Below the pieces are notes generated by a model. The model had not been told where the DNA came from. It saw only the letters and a program-made list of their open reading frames with translations, and did no database searches. From the NCBI GenBank assembly GCA_046725875.1, contig JBKOZJ010000046.1, positions 1-52,684 of the forward strand: a stretch of DNA of 52,684 bases. The letters run 5' to 3'. Positions 18,754 to 28,585 of this stretch are shown piece by piece (the stretch's first letter is position 1; each line of letters opens with the position of its first letter). This stretch comes from Actinomycetota bacterium. Lineage in GTDB: Bacteria; Actinomycetota; Actinomycetes; JAKEEW01. The position numbers and the translations under genes are program-made.

Positions 18754-19581
18754 CTATCGCTTGCGACCGAGACCGGCGTATGCGTAGTCGCCGGCGCGAT
18801 TGTCTGCCGTTGCGAACCCATCCGGCCGCCATGCGGTAATGGGCACCACACCTGGCGGGAGGATCTCCAACCCGGAGAAGAACTTCTCAGTCTCTCCATG
18901 GTTGCGCGCCACGACCGGCAGTCGGTCGGCCTCGCTCGCGGCCACCAAGCGGGCAACACCAGCAGGGTCGAAGTCGGCGGTGAGGTGGGTCACGGCGAGG
19001 CAGCTGCCATTCGGCAGGGCGCCTATGAGACTGGAGGCGATGCCGTACGGGTCCCGCGAGTCCGGGATGAACATCAGCACCGCAAGCATGAGCAGCCCGA
19101 CTGGCTGGTCGAGGTCGAGCGTTCGTGTCACGGCCGGATCGGCGAGCATGCCTGCGGAGTCGCGGAGGTCGGCCTGGAGAAAGCCGGTTTGGCCGGAACC
19201 GTTGTCGCTCATCAGCGCCCGGCTGTGCGCCACGACGATGGGGTCGTTGTCGACGTAGAGCACGCGTGAGCCGGGTGCCACCTCCCGGGCTACTTGATGG
19301 GTGTTGCGGGCGGTGGGGAGGCCCGACCCAATATCGAGGAACTGGTTGATGCCCTCCTCCTGTGCCATGTAGCGGACAACTCGGCCCAGGAAAGCGCGGT
19401 TGGCCCGGACCTTCATAGGCAGCACCGGCAGCATTTCAGTGATCTTGTCGGCGAGTGCTCGGTCTGCTGCGAAGTTGTCCTTGCCGCCCAGCCAATAGTC
19501 GTAAACACGGGCGGAGTGTGGGGTGGTCGTGTCGATCTCGCGGGACGGAGCCGCCTCCGTGCGTGCGCCGCGTTCCTGCAC
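18754..19581 (-). CDS. Actinobacterial SAM-dependent methyltransferase (Methyltransf_19)
   Basis: PHSARVYDYWLGGKDNF, QFLDIGSGLPT, YVDNDP; usual partner of XRE-DUF397 pairs. Confidence 0.9.
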   Translation of the reverse strand: MQERGARTEAAPSREIDTTTPHSARVYDYWLGGKDNFAADRALADKITEMLPVLPMKVRANRAFLGRVVRYMAQEEGINQFLDIGSGLPTARNTHQVAREVAPGSRVLYVDNDPIVVAHSRALMSDNGSGQTGFLQADLRDSAGMLADPAVTRTLDLDQPVGLLMLAVLMFIPDSRDPYGIASSLIGALPNGSCLAVTHLTADFDPAGVARLVAASEADRLPVVARNHGETEKFFSGLEILPPGVVPITAWRPDGFATADNRAGDYAYAGLGRKR

Positions 19582-19727
19582 GATGAGCACCTCCCAGATA
19601 AGTGCACGTACCAAGTGAGGTTAGTACGGGTGCTGCCTCAGCGGATGGCCTTAGCAAGATCACGGTTCGGTTTCAAGCAGAGACATCGTGTGCGCGCACC
19701 CGCTCGTAATAGCGGTTTGACCCTCGT

Positions 19728-20693
19728 TTAGTACGCGGAAGCGGTCCCGAACGGGTAGTCCATCGGTGGCGGATCTGCGTTATGAGCAGCGCAGTGGCTG
19801 TCTCGGGAGCCGCTGTTGGTAAGCGGGGGAGCGTAGCTGTTGGCCGTCCTGATGAGGAGGGCCTGACTGGCTGCCGTGTCTTCGATCTCTTGGAGAACCG
19901 CTGCCCGGGCCTCCGGGGTTGGAGCGGCGACCAGAAGTTCCGCGTTTCGCCAGGCAAGCTCGCGCCACGCGGCGAGAGTCTGGAACAGCCCGGTGTAGCC
20001 GACGCCGTACGGCGTCACAATGTTGATCACATTCGGGTCGAAGCGGGCAGCGAGCTCGGCGAGCAATGGCTGCACGACCTGGTTCAGGAACTCATCGACC
20101 TTGTCATGATCGGGCTTGCGGCTGCGGCCGTCCGGAGTGGCAATACCGATCGCGGCAAGTGTTATGGGCAGGTCCCGGTTCACGTGGGCGTTCATGCCAA
20201 GCAGCAGATTGCCCGAGCCGGTGACCGTCCGCCCCGCCGCCGAATCGAGCGCAATGAGCCACGCCTGCGGGACTTGGCTACGGTCGCCATCCGCCCATTT
20301 GTCGTATGCGTCGAAGTAGTACTTGGCGAAGACCGCATCCTCGTGGTTTACCCATGGAGTGTCCTCGAAGTACCCCTCTTGGTCTCTGGCCCACTTGTAG
20401 GTCTGCGTGGTCCGCAAGTACGCGAGCGCAAACACGGCGTTGTGGTCGCAGGACGTGCCTAGTTCAGCGAACCTGCGCTCCATCTCCCGGATGGTCGCGT
20501 CCAGGCAATTTGGCCGGCCGGCGACACAGTCGTTCGCGCTCGTCGGGTCGTACTCGTCGACCAGGCCCGGCAGGAGCGACGCCCAGGACACGAATATTGG
20601 GTCGTCCGCAACAGCGGGCTGCGCCAGCGGAATCTGGAGCGCGCCTAGGACCGCCAAGGCGGCGATGAGGCGAAGGTGAAGTCGACTCGACAT
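19728..20693 (-). CDS. Secreted DUF5995-like protein
   Basis: Signal peptide (..AQPAVA); FALAYLRTT, FAKYYFDAY, LGMNAHVNRDLP. Confidence 0.7.
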   Translation of the reverse strand: MSSRLHLRLIAALAVLGALQIPLAQPAVADDPIFVSWASLLPGLVDEYDPTSANDCVAGRPNCLDATIREMERRFAELGTSCDHNAVFALAYLRTTQTYKWARDQEGYFEDTPWVNHEDAVFAKYYFDAYDKWADGDRSQVPQAWLIALDSAAGRTVTGSGNLLLGMNAHVNRDLPITLAAIGIATPDGRSRKPDHDKVDEFLNQVVQPLLAELAARFDPNVINIVTPYGVGYTGLFQTLAAWRELAWRNAELLVAAPTPEARAAVLQEIEDTAASQALLIRTANSYAPPLTNSGSRDSHCAAHNADPPPMDYPFGTASAY

Positions 20694-21339
20694 CGCGACC
20701 CCCCGGAAGATGCGAACCGGCTGCAGGTCAGGACTATCACAGCCAAGCACCAGCAGAGGGTCGAATCCACGATTCCGATCCTCTTCGAGGCACCTGGCAA
20801 CCCGATCTATTCGTTGACGAGCAGCTGACGTAGCCAGCACATCGACGCCGGTCCGGCGGCGCCGTGTGAGCGTGCGCTAGTCCAGGCCGGGGCTGGTTTC
20901 CAGTTGCTCCATCTGGGCATCCACCAGCGTTCCCCGCGATCGTGCGCGGTGGCGACGGCGTGCGCCTCCGCGGTCCATCGGTCCCGGTCAGACCAGGGGT
21001 GCGGGCCGAACGTGCCGACCATGAACCCATCGTCCATCGATGGAACCGTATCTGAACCACGTGTTCGACGGGCAGGCCAGGTTCACCGTGGGGGATCGGT
21101 ATCTGTCCACCCTGCTAGCCCTTCGCATGGGCGCCGTGCTCGAGAGTGCCATAGCTGCCCGAGTCTCCGGAGATCCCAGTGGGCTCCACGCCAAGTCTCG
21201 AACTCGGCCGCGTCGCGGAATGTGATCATGTCGGTCGGGTCAGCACACAGGCTTGCTCGGCACCCGCGACATTTACGCGCCCTCCGGCACCTCTGGCCCG
21301 CCGGCCGTCTGCTGGTCACCGGGAGAGGTGAGGCATCTG

Positions 21340-21391
21340 TGCAACCCGAGGGTTGCGCATAGAGATACTTATGTGCAACTCTGGGGTTGCA
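21340..21391 (+). promoter_or_regulatory. Twin inverted-repeat operator, probably for the ArsR protein
   Basis: TGCAAC-N6-GTTGC(G/A) at 21340 and 21374, flanking a TACTTA -10-like hexamer upstream of the SRPBCC-ArsR pair. Confidence 0.7.
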
Positions 21392-21419
21392 ATCAAGTCG
21401 ACAACGAAGGAGTCCTTAG

Positions 21420-21863
21420 GTGAGCGAGGATCGGATCGAACGCGAAACCCTGATCGCGGCGCCGCTCGAGCGGGTCTGGTCACTGGTTGCCGAACCCGGG
21501 TTCTGGGTGGCCGACGACGCAAGTCTGTCCGGCAACGTGGCCGAGGAAGGCGAGCTCATGGTGGCGAAGAACGCCGAGTACGGCGACTTCCCAGTGCGCG
21601 TAGAGAAGGTCGAGCCACCGAACTATGTGGCCTACCGATGGGCCAGCGCGTTTCCGGGAGAGGAGCTCCGCGGGGACAACACCACTCTCGTGGAGTTCAC
21701 GTTGACCTCGGAGGGCAACGGGACGCGGCTGCGCGTCGTCGAGAGCGGGTTCGCCGCGCTGGCGACGTCCGAGGAGCTGCGCAGCAAGGCTCATGAGGAC
21801 AACACCGGCGGCTGGGCTGAGGTTTTCAACACAATCAAGAGGCGCGCCGAAGAGTCCGCGTGA
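21420..21863 (+). CDS. SRPBCC/AHSA1 domain protein
   Basis: IERETLIAAPLERVW, TLVEFTL...GTRLRVVESGF, NTGGW. Confidence 0.9.
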   Translation: MSEDRIERETLIAAPLERVWSLVAEPGFWVADDASLSGNVAEEGELMVAKNAEYGDFPVRVEKVEPPNYVAYRWASAFPGEELRGDNTTLVEFTLTSEGNGTRLRVVESGFAALATSEELRSKAHEDNTGGWAEVFNTIKRRAEESA

Positions 21864-22213
21864 CGGACGAACGTCGCAGCTCCACTGCGGCGGTCAACAG
21901 TGTCCTCGTCGCGCTGGCCGACCCGACGCGGCGTCGGCTGCTCGATCTGCTCGCCGCGCAGGGCGAGGTCACCGCGACGAGGCTCGCCGAACGGCTTCCG
22001 GTGTCCCGGCAAGCGGTGGTGAAGCATCTCGCCGTCTTGGACGCGGCCGGCCTAGTGATCGGCAACCGGGTGGGACGAGAGGTGCGGTATGCGGTACGGC
22101 CCGAGGCCCTCGACGCGACGGCGCGATGGATGGCTGCACTTGCCGCCGATTGGGATCGGCGGCTGGCGAGGGTCAAGCAGATCGCCGAGGCTGCTGAACG
22201 GAAGTCGCGGTAG
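21860..22213 (+). CDS. ArsR/SmtB family regulator
   Basis: ALADPTRRRLL, VSRQAVVKHLAVL; GTGA overlap with upstream gene. Confidence 0.9.
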   Translation: MTDERRSSTAAVNSVLVALADPTRRRLLDLLAAQGEVTATRLAERLPVSRQAVVKHLAVLDAAGLVIGNRVGREVRYAVRPEALDATARWMAALAADWDRRLARVKQIAEAAERKSR

Positions 22214-22397
22214 TGCTTCGGGACACCGTCCGGGTGGTGGCGTTCGACTACGACGGCCCTCTGCTGCGGACGCCGAGGTCTGACACGCTAACCCTGACGC
22301 CATGGCCCGAGACCTGCTCGCCGTGGTGGACGCAGCTGGAGCGGAGCGGTTCGCGTACTACGGCTGCTCGTTGCTCGCCGTGGCTTCTCGTCGCTGA
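22213..22397 (+). pseudogene. Frameshifted internal fragment of an alpha/beta hydrolase
   Basis: RVVAFDYDG...DTLT, then in the -1 frame PDAMARDLLAVVDAAGAERFAYYGCS; both ends missing. Confidence 0.55.
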
Positions 22398-22411
22398 TCG
22401 GAGACCGCTCG

Positions 22412-22948
22412 CTAGGGTCCGCGGTCGGTGTGGTCGCTGGGGTGGTCCTGGTCGGGGGCGAGGGTGACTGGTCCGTCGGGGTGGCGGATGAGGGTTTGCT
22501 GGGTGAGGTGGAGTTGGGTGTGGTGAAAGCCGCACAGGACGACGAGGTTGTGCAGGGCGGTGACGCCGCCGTGGCTCCAGTGCCGCAGATGGTGCAGGTC
22601 GCACCAGGCGGCCGGGAGGCCGCAGCCGGGCCACTGGCAGTGCCGGTCGCGAGCGGCGACCGCGCGGCGCATCCCGGCCGGCGCCACGTGGGTGGCCCGC
22701 CCGACGTCCAGCGGCTGCCCGGCCGGGTCGAGCACGATCCTGGTCACGGTGGCGTCGCACAGGATCCGCCGGGCCAGCTCGGCCGAGACCGGACCCGCCC
22801 AGGCCAGCTCGGCGGCGTCGGGACCCAGCAGCCGGGGCCCGCCGGCGGCCGGGGCTCGGCCGGGCAGGTCGGTGAGGACGGACACCGGCACGGTGGGATT
22901 GACCTGCGGGCGCTCCCCGCCGCTGGTCGGCAGGTCGGCCACCGTCAT
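22412..22948 (-). pseudogene. 5'-truncated DUF222/HNH endonuclease (13E12-repeat type)
   Basis: ARRILCDA, PLDVGRA, ARDRHCQWPGC, CDLHH..HWSHGG.T...NL..LC.FHH; most of DUF222 is missing. Confidence 0.75.
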
Positions 22949-23132
22949 CGTTCGGCGCAGATACCCGTTCTTCGCCGAACGCGCCGCGCGGCAGCCGATC
23001 CGATGAGAGAGGCCATACGAGTGGACGCGGTCCGGCGAAAGCAACTGCAGACAGAGAGACCACGCTTGCGACGATGCTTGTCCGTATCCTGCGTGTTCCT
23101 GATGGCTGGGACGTTTCACTCACCATCAAGCT

Positions 23133-23160
23133 ACTTAACATAATGTTCCTTATCGGATCG
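23133..23160 (-). other. dif: dif-like XerC/XerD recombination site
   Basis: Minus strand CGATCCGATAA-GGAACA-TTATGTTAAGT: 11-6-11 layout; XerD arm 10/11 identical to E. coli TTATGTTAAAT; intergenic; only copy I saw. Confidence 0.85.
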
Positions 23161-23454
23161 AAGTTACCTTGCCGACGAGCGGCCTGACAGCGCCGAGCCA
23201 CCCGCGGCGGCGGGTGCTATTCGATCTCCTACCTGGTTCTTAGCAGGGCCGGCCAAGGCCGGGTGTTCGTAAGAACCCTGCGGCCCAGCCGCCAAATACT
23301 TGATCACGGCTTGCCGGCGCGGCTCAGTAGTCCACGACTGCCGCCAAGAGACCGACAACGCCGTGATTGGTCACGAAGGTGGGGTGAGGACGAGCTACCC
23401 CATGGTGATTCGCGTCATCGCGCGGGAGCTGTACGTTCCCCACGAGTTGCCCGG

Positions 23455-24030
23455 CTATCGCGGTACGGAGCGGGCGCGGAGGTGGGCGCGTTCGCCGTGG
23501 CGGCCGAGCAGGATGAGTACCTCGACCGGGGTGGGGTCGGCGCTGTCGAACCAGTGCGGCACGCGGAAGTCGAACTCGACCGCCTCGCCCTGACTCAGCA
23601 CCAGGTCCTGGTCACCGAGGAGCAGGCGAAGGCGGCCGTTGAGCACGTACATCCATTCATAGCCCTCGTGGGTCTTCTGCTCGGGGGTCCGGCGTCGTGC
23701 CGGGATGATCACCTTGTACACCTGCACGCCGCCGGGCCGGCGGGTCAGGGGGATGAATGTCATGCCGTTGCGCTGCACCGGGCGCAGGTGGATGCGTGGG
23801 TCACCGGTCGGCGGCGCGCCGATGAGTTCGTCGATCTGCACGCCGTACGTCTGGGCGAGCAGCAGCAGGAGCTCGAGCGTGGGGCGGCGGCGGCCGGTCT
23901 CCAGCCGCGACAGTGTGGACACCGAGATGCCGGTCTCGGTCGCCACGTCGGCGAGGGTCGTCTCGCGTTGCTTGCGGATCGCGCGCAGCCGGGACCCGAC
24001 CGCAGCCAGCACCTCGTCCATGTTTGCCAT
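23455..24030 (-). CDS. XRE HTH + cupin transcriptional regulator
   Basis: VGSRLRAIR..STLSRLETG, HEGYEWMYVLNG, FD.RVPHW. Confidence 0.9.
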   Translation of the reverse strand: MANMDEVLAAVGSRLRAIRKQRETTLADVATETGISVSTLSRLETGRRRPTLELLLLLAQTYGVQIDELIGAPPTGDPRIHLRPVQRNGMTFIPLTRRPGGVQVYKVIIPARRRTPEQKTHEGYEWMYVLNGRLRLLLGDQDLVLSQGEAVEFDFRVPHWFDSADPTPVEVLILLGRHGERAHLRARSVPR

Positions 24031-24080
24031 TCCGGCAAGTTTACGTGCCGGAATGCCAGCGGGAATCGATGGTGGTTGCC

Positions 24081-25644
24081 ATGACACAGAAATTCGATGT
24101 CGCGGTGCTCGGCGGCGGTGCCGCCGGGCTGAGCGGCGCAGTGGTATTGGGCCGGGCTCGGCGTTCGGTGGTCGTGGTTGACGCCGGGTCGCCGCGCAAC
24201 GCACCCGCCGACGGTGTGCATGGCTTCTTGTCCCGCGACGGGATCAGTCCGCTCGAGCTCGTCGAGATCGGGCGGGCGGAGGTCAAGCGCTACGGCGGGC
24301 TCGTGCTGTCGGCGACGGCCGTCGCGGCGCGCCGCACCGACGACGAGTTCGTCGGCGGGTTCGAGGTGAGCCTCCACGACGGCCGGTCCATCTCGGCGCG
24401 GCGGCTGCTGGTGACCACCGGCCTTGCCGACGAACTGCCCGACGTCCCCGGGGTGGCGGAGCGCTGGGGTCGCGACGTGATGCACTGCCCGTACTGCCAC
24501 GGATGGGAGGTGCGCGACCAGCCCGTCGGCGTGCTCGCCACCAAGACCGAGTGGGCGGTGCACCAGGCGCGCTCCTGTTCCGGCAGTTGACACCGGAGGT
24601 GACCTTCTTTCAGCACACCGCTCCGGCGCTGACCGAACAGCAGACGGCCGAACTGACCGCCTGGGGCATCGGCGTGGTCACCGGGCCCGTGGACTCGCTG
24701 GAGGTCACCGATGACCGGATCACCGGCCTGCGGCTGACCGACGGGACCGTCGTGGCCTGCTCAGAGGTGGCCGTCGCGCCGCGGCTGGTGCCCAACTCGG
24801 GGTGCTCACGGGCCTCGGTCTCGAGCCGATCGCGCACCCGATGGGCATCGGCGAGTCGATCGCGGCCGACCCGACAGGGCTCACAGAGATACCCGGGGTG
24901 TGGGTCGCCGGCAACGTCACCGACGTCACGGCACAGGTGATGAGCGCCGCGGCCGGCGGGGCGACCGCGGCCGCCGCGATCAACGCCGACCTTATCGCCG
25001 AGGACACCCAGCTCACCGTCCGCGTGTTGTCCCGGGACTACTGGGAGGAGCGGTACGGGGCGGGGAAACGGGTCTGGAGCGGCAAACCCCATCCGCATCT
25101 GGTGGCCACCGTCGCCGACCTCCCGCCCGGCCCGGCGCTGGACGTCGGCAGCGGCGAAGGCGCGGACGCGATCTGGCTCGCCTCGTGTGGATGGAAGGTC
25201 ACCGGTGTGGACGTGTCACAGGTCGCCCTGGACCGCGCCGCCCGGCACGCCGCCGACGCCGGCGTGGACGTCACCTGGCGCCAAACCGACCTCACGGCCT
25301 GGGATCCCGCCCCGGCGCAGTTCGACCTGGTGTCGGCGCAGTACGTGCACCTGCCCCGGCCCGCGCGCGACGTCCTGCACCGCCGGCTGGCCGCGGCCGT
25401 CCGCCCGGGCGGGACGCTCCTCATCGTCGGTCACCACCCGGCCGACCTGGAGCAGGCGATCCGGCGCCCACGCCTCCCCCACCTGATGTTTACGGCCGAG
25501 GAGATCGCCACCGTGCTGGACCCGGCCGCGTGGGACATCGTCACCTCGGCACCGGAGCGTCCGATCGATCAAGACGGACAGAAGATCACGCTCACCGACG
25601 CGGTGCTGCGCGCGGTACGACGCGCAGCCGACCGAACACCATGA
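24081..25644 (+). pseudogene. Thioredoxin-reductase-like FAD oxidoreductase fused to SAM methyltransferase, two -1 frameshifts
   Basis: GGGAAGLS, HCPYCHGWE, VWVAGN, ALDVGSGEG spread across three successive frames; breaks near 24570 and 24800. Confidence 0.75.
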
Positions 25645-25868
25645 CGAGCGAACGCGCCCACCCCGCGCTACTGGCGGGTTGTATCGAAGTGAGCCGCCGG
25701 TGGTCGCGTCGGCGGTCGCAGTCCACGACGAGATCCAGACTCATCGCCGGCGCTGCCTCGTGTGCTCGCGCCGCCTCATGTAGAGGTCGAAGGCCCGGTA
25801 GCCCATCGGCGGCAGCGGCAGGTTCCGCTCGCCGGCGTACCTCACGGCCTGGCCGCCGAGCGTGCTGG

Positions 25869-26567
25869 TCACTGCTGCATCCTTGGATCGTTCCTGGGGT
25901 CGGCATACATGGGAGGACAGCCACGGCTGGTGGCTTCGGGGCGCAGTTCGTAGTGCCAGGGCTCGTTGCGGTAGATCTGGCACAGCCCGTACTCGGCGCC
26001 GTGCTCGGATAGCCACGCCGTGGCGTCGGAGTGCCCGATGTCGACCGCGTCGCCCGACACGTGAGGAGACGTGTTGGGGGTCGCGACCCATCGGGCAGCT
26101 TCCTCTCTTGAGCCGTACTCCGAGGCCGCCTCATCGAGTAGTTGTTCCTGGTACTCCCGGGAACGCCAGCCGCTGTTGACGAAGAACTCGACCCCGTCGC
26201 CCGCAGCATCCGTCGCGGCCTGACGGAGCGCACCGAGCAGAGGCGGATCGAGGTTGGCCACGGCGGGGTACGCGTCATCGAAGACCGTCACGCCGTCAGG
26301 GACCTCACCATCAGCGACGCCAAGCGCACCGTGACGGTGGCCCTGAGGTTGGCCGGGAAGGTCGCCGGGACGGTCGCCGCGAAGACTGTCGTGCGGGCGG
26401 TGCGTGGACGGCTCCGCGACGATGGGTGCTGTTGCCGATGACGACGAGCCCGCCATCGAACGGTAACCGAGGACTCCCGCAAGCGCCGCGAGGACGACGA
26501 CCAGGACAGCGAGGACCGTCGATCGCACACGGCGGCCTGTTCTCGGTGCTGGCTGGCCGTAGGACAT
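25869..26567 (-). CDS. vanY: VanY-like M15B D,D-carboxypeptidase
   Basis: N-terminal TM anchor; SGWRS, SPHVSGDAVD (SxHxxGxAxD), EPWH. Confidence 0.85.
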   Translation of the reverse strand: MSYGQPAPRTGRRVRSTVLAVLVVVLAALAGVLGYRSMAGSSSSATAPIVAEPSTHRPHDSLRGDRPGDLPGQPQGHRHGALGVADGEVPDGVTVFDDAYPAVANLDPPLLGALRQAATDAAGDGVEFFVNSGWRSREYQEQLLDEAASEYGSREEAARWVATPNTSPHVSGDAVDIGHSDATAWLSEHGAEYGLCQIYRNEPWHYELRPEATSRGCPPMYADPRNDPRMQQ

Positions 26568-26580
26568 GCCTTCCAGTCAA

Positions 26581-26655
26581 GGCAACGCGGTGTTGCCAGC
26601 ACGTATGCGGTTTTCGATACACCGACGATATGCGCCGGCTCGTAGCATGGAGAGC
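26581..26655 (+). promoter_or_regulatory. Divergent vanY/vanR promoter region with candidate VanR sites
   Basis: GGCAAC-N5-GTTGCC inverted repeat; CGATACAC/CGATATGC 11 bp apart (26615, 26626); TAGCAT 7 nt before ATG 26656, suggesting a leaderless transcript. Confidence 0.55.
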
Positions 26656-27351
26656 ATGCGTGTGTTGGTCGTCGAGGACGAGCCCTACATGGCCGAGGCC
26701 GTCCGCGATGGGCTGCGCCTGGAGGCGATCGCGGCCGACATCGCCGGTGACGGCGACACCGCTCTGGAGCTGCTGAGCATCAACGCCTACGACATCGCGG
26801 TCCTCGACCGCGACATTCCCGGGCCCTCCGGCGACGAGATCGCCGAACGCATCGTCGGCTCCGGTAGCAGCATGCCGATCTTGATGCTCACCGCTGCGGA
26901 CCGGCTTGACGACAAGGCCTCCGGGTTCGAGCTCGGCGCCGACGACTACCTCACCAAGCCGTTCGAACTGCAAGAGCTCGTGCTCAGGCTCCGAGCGCTC
27001 GATCGCAGGCGCGCGCACAGCAGGCCGCCCGTGCGGGAGATCGCGGGCCTGCGGCTGGACCCGTTCCGCCGCGAGGTCTACCGCGACGGACGCTACGTCG
27101 GGCTGACCAGGAAGCAGTTCGCGGTGCTCGAGGTCCTTGTCGCCGCCGAAGGCGGTGTCGTCAGCGCCGAGGAGCTCCTGGAGCGGGCATGGGACGAGAA
27201 CGCCGACCCGTTCACGAACGCCGTGCGCATCACGGTCTCGGCCCTGCGCAAACGGCTCGGCGAACCCTGGCTGATCGCCACCGTGGCCGGCGTCGGCTAC
27301 CGCATCGACCCAGGGCCAGAAACCGGGCGTCAGGGAGGGGACCGTGGATAG
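26656..27351 (+). CDS. vanR: VanR-type OmpR response regulator
   Basis: MRVLVVEDEPYMAEAVRDGLRLEAIAAD...AWDENADPFTNAVRITVS, which I recognise as actinomycete VanR. Confidence 0.88.
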   Translation: MRVLVVEDEPYMAEAVRDGLRLEAIAADIAGDGDTALELLSINAYDIAVLDRDIPGPSGDEIAERIVGSGSSMPILMLTAADRLDDKASGFELGADDYLTKPFELQELVLRLRALDRRRAHSRPPVREIAGLRLDPFRREVYRDGRYVGLTRKQFAVLEVLVAAEGGVVSAEELLERAWDENADPFTNAVRITVSALRKRLGEPWLIATVAGVGYRIDPGPETGRQGGDRG

Positions 27352-28462
27352 GGCGCCTGGGTTGAGCGTTCGCCTCAAACTCACCCTCAGTTACGCCGGC
27401 TTCCTCATGCTCGCCGGTGCCTTGCTGCTCGCCGCCGTGTGGCTGTTCCTCCTGCGTTACGTCCCCGATCGTGCGCTCATCGTCCCCAATAGCGCCGACC
27501 TGTCTAATGGTGTTTTTCCCATCCGGTCCAACCTCCTATACGTTTTCGCTCCGAGGGCAGCCGCGGTGTTGGCGTTGCTGTTGGTGTTCGGCCTCGTGGG
27601 TGGGTGGTTTCTCGCCGGCCGGATGCTCGCCCCGCTGGCCCGAATCACCGACGCCACACACATGGCCGCGAACGGGTCACTCTCCCACCGAATCCGGCTA
27701 CCGGGCCGCACAGATGAGTTCCGGGAACTCGCCGACGCCTTCGACGCCATGCTCGCACGGCTCGAAGCCCACGACGCCGAACAGCAGAGGTTCGCAGCCA
27801 ACGCCTCCCACGAACTGCGCACCCCACTGGCGATCACGCAGAGTCTTCTCGACGTCGCCCGCAACGATCCGAACCGCGACAGCGGCGAGCTCGACGAACG
27901 CCTCCGCACCGTCAACTCCAGAGCGATCGACCTCACCGAAGCATTGCTCCTGCTCAGCCGCACCGACCGGCGATCCCTCACCCGAGAACGGGTCGACCTG
28001 TCGCTGATTGCGGAGGAAGCCACGGAAACGCTTCTCCCGCTAGCGGAAAAGCGCGGCCTCACCATCGAGACCTCCGGCCATCTGTCGGCCACCATCGGTT
28101 CACCCGCGCTCCTGCTGCAGCTGACCACGAACCTCCTGCACAACGCGATCGTCCACAATCTGCCCGAACACGGGACCGTGTGGGTCACGACCAGCGTTCA
28201 CCCCAAGAGTGCGGTGCTCACAGTCGAGAACACCGGTGAGAGGCTCACCCCGCAGTTGGTCTGCACGCTCGTCGAGCCGTTCCAGCGCGGCGCCGAACGC
28301 ATACGCACCGACCACGGAGGCGTCGGCCTCGGCCTGACAATCGTCAAAAGCATCACTCAAGCACACGACGGAACGCTCACCCTCACCCCCCGCCCCGCCG
28401 GCGGGCTCTGCATCACAGTGCAACTACCCGCCGCTCCTGGGACTGCCCAGAAAACGGTGTAG
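27344..28462 (+). CDS. vanS: VanS-type sensor histidine kinase
   Basis: LSVRLKLTLSYAGFL start, HAMP, ASHELRTPL H-box, NAIVHN, GLGL; overlaps vanR stop. Confidence 0.85.
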   Translation: MDRAPGLSVRLKLTLSYAGFLMLAGALLLAAVWLFLLRYVPDRALIVPNSADLSNGVFPIRSNLLYVFAPRAAAVLALLLVFGLVGGWFLAGRMLAPLARITDATHMAANGSLSHRIRLPGRTDEFRELADAFDAMLARLEAHDAEQQRFAANASHELRTPLAITQSLLDVARNDPNRDSGELDERLRTVNSRAIDLTEALLLLSRTDRRSLTRERVDLSLIAEEATETLLPLAEKRGLTIETSGHLSATIGSPALLLQLTTNLLHNAIVHNLPEHGTVWVTTSVHPKSAVLTVENTGERLTPQLVCTLVEPFQRGAERIRTDHGGVGLGLTIVKSITQAHDGTLTLTPRPAGGLCITVQLPAAPGTAQKTV

Positions 28463-28585
28463 GTACGCACACGCCGACCGGTATCGTCGGCAGCAACGCA
28501 CTTGTCGCTTGATCGAGCCACACGTTAGCTACGAATCCCCTAGTCGAAACACGCGTGGCAGGAGCTGAACCTCCTCAGACAGAAC

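Noticed and set aside
21170..21229. MITFRDAAEFETW, resembling the start of YdeI/OmpD-associated proteins
   Set aside because: Similarity lasts only about 20 codons; too short to call without a search
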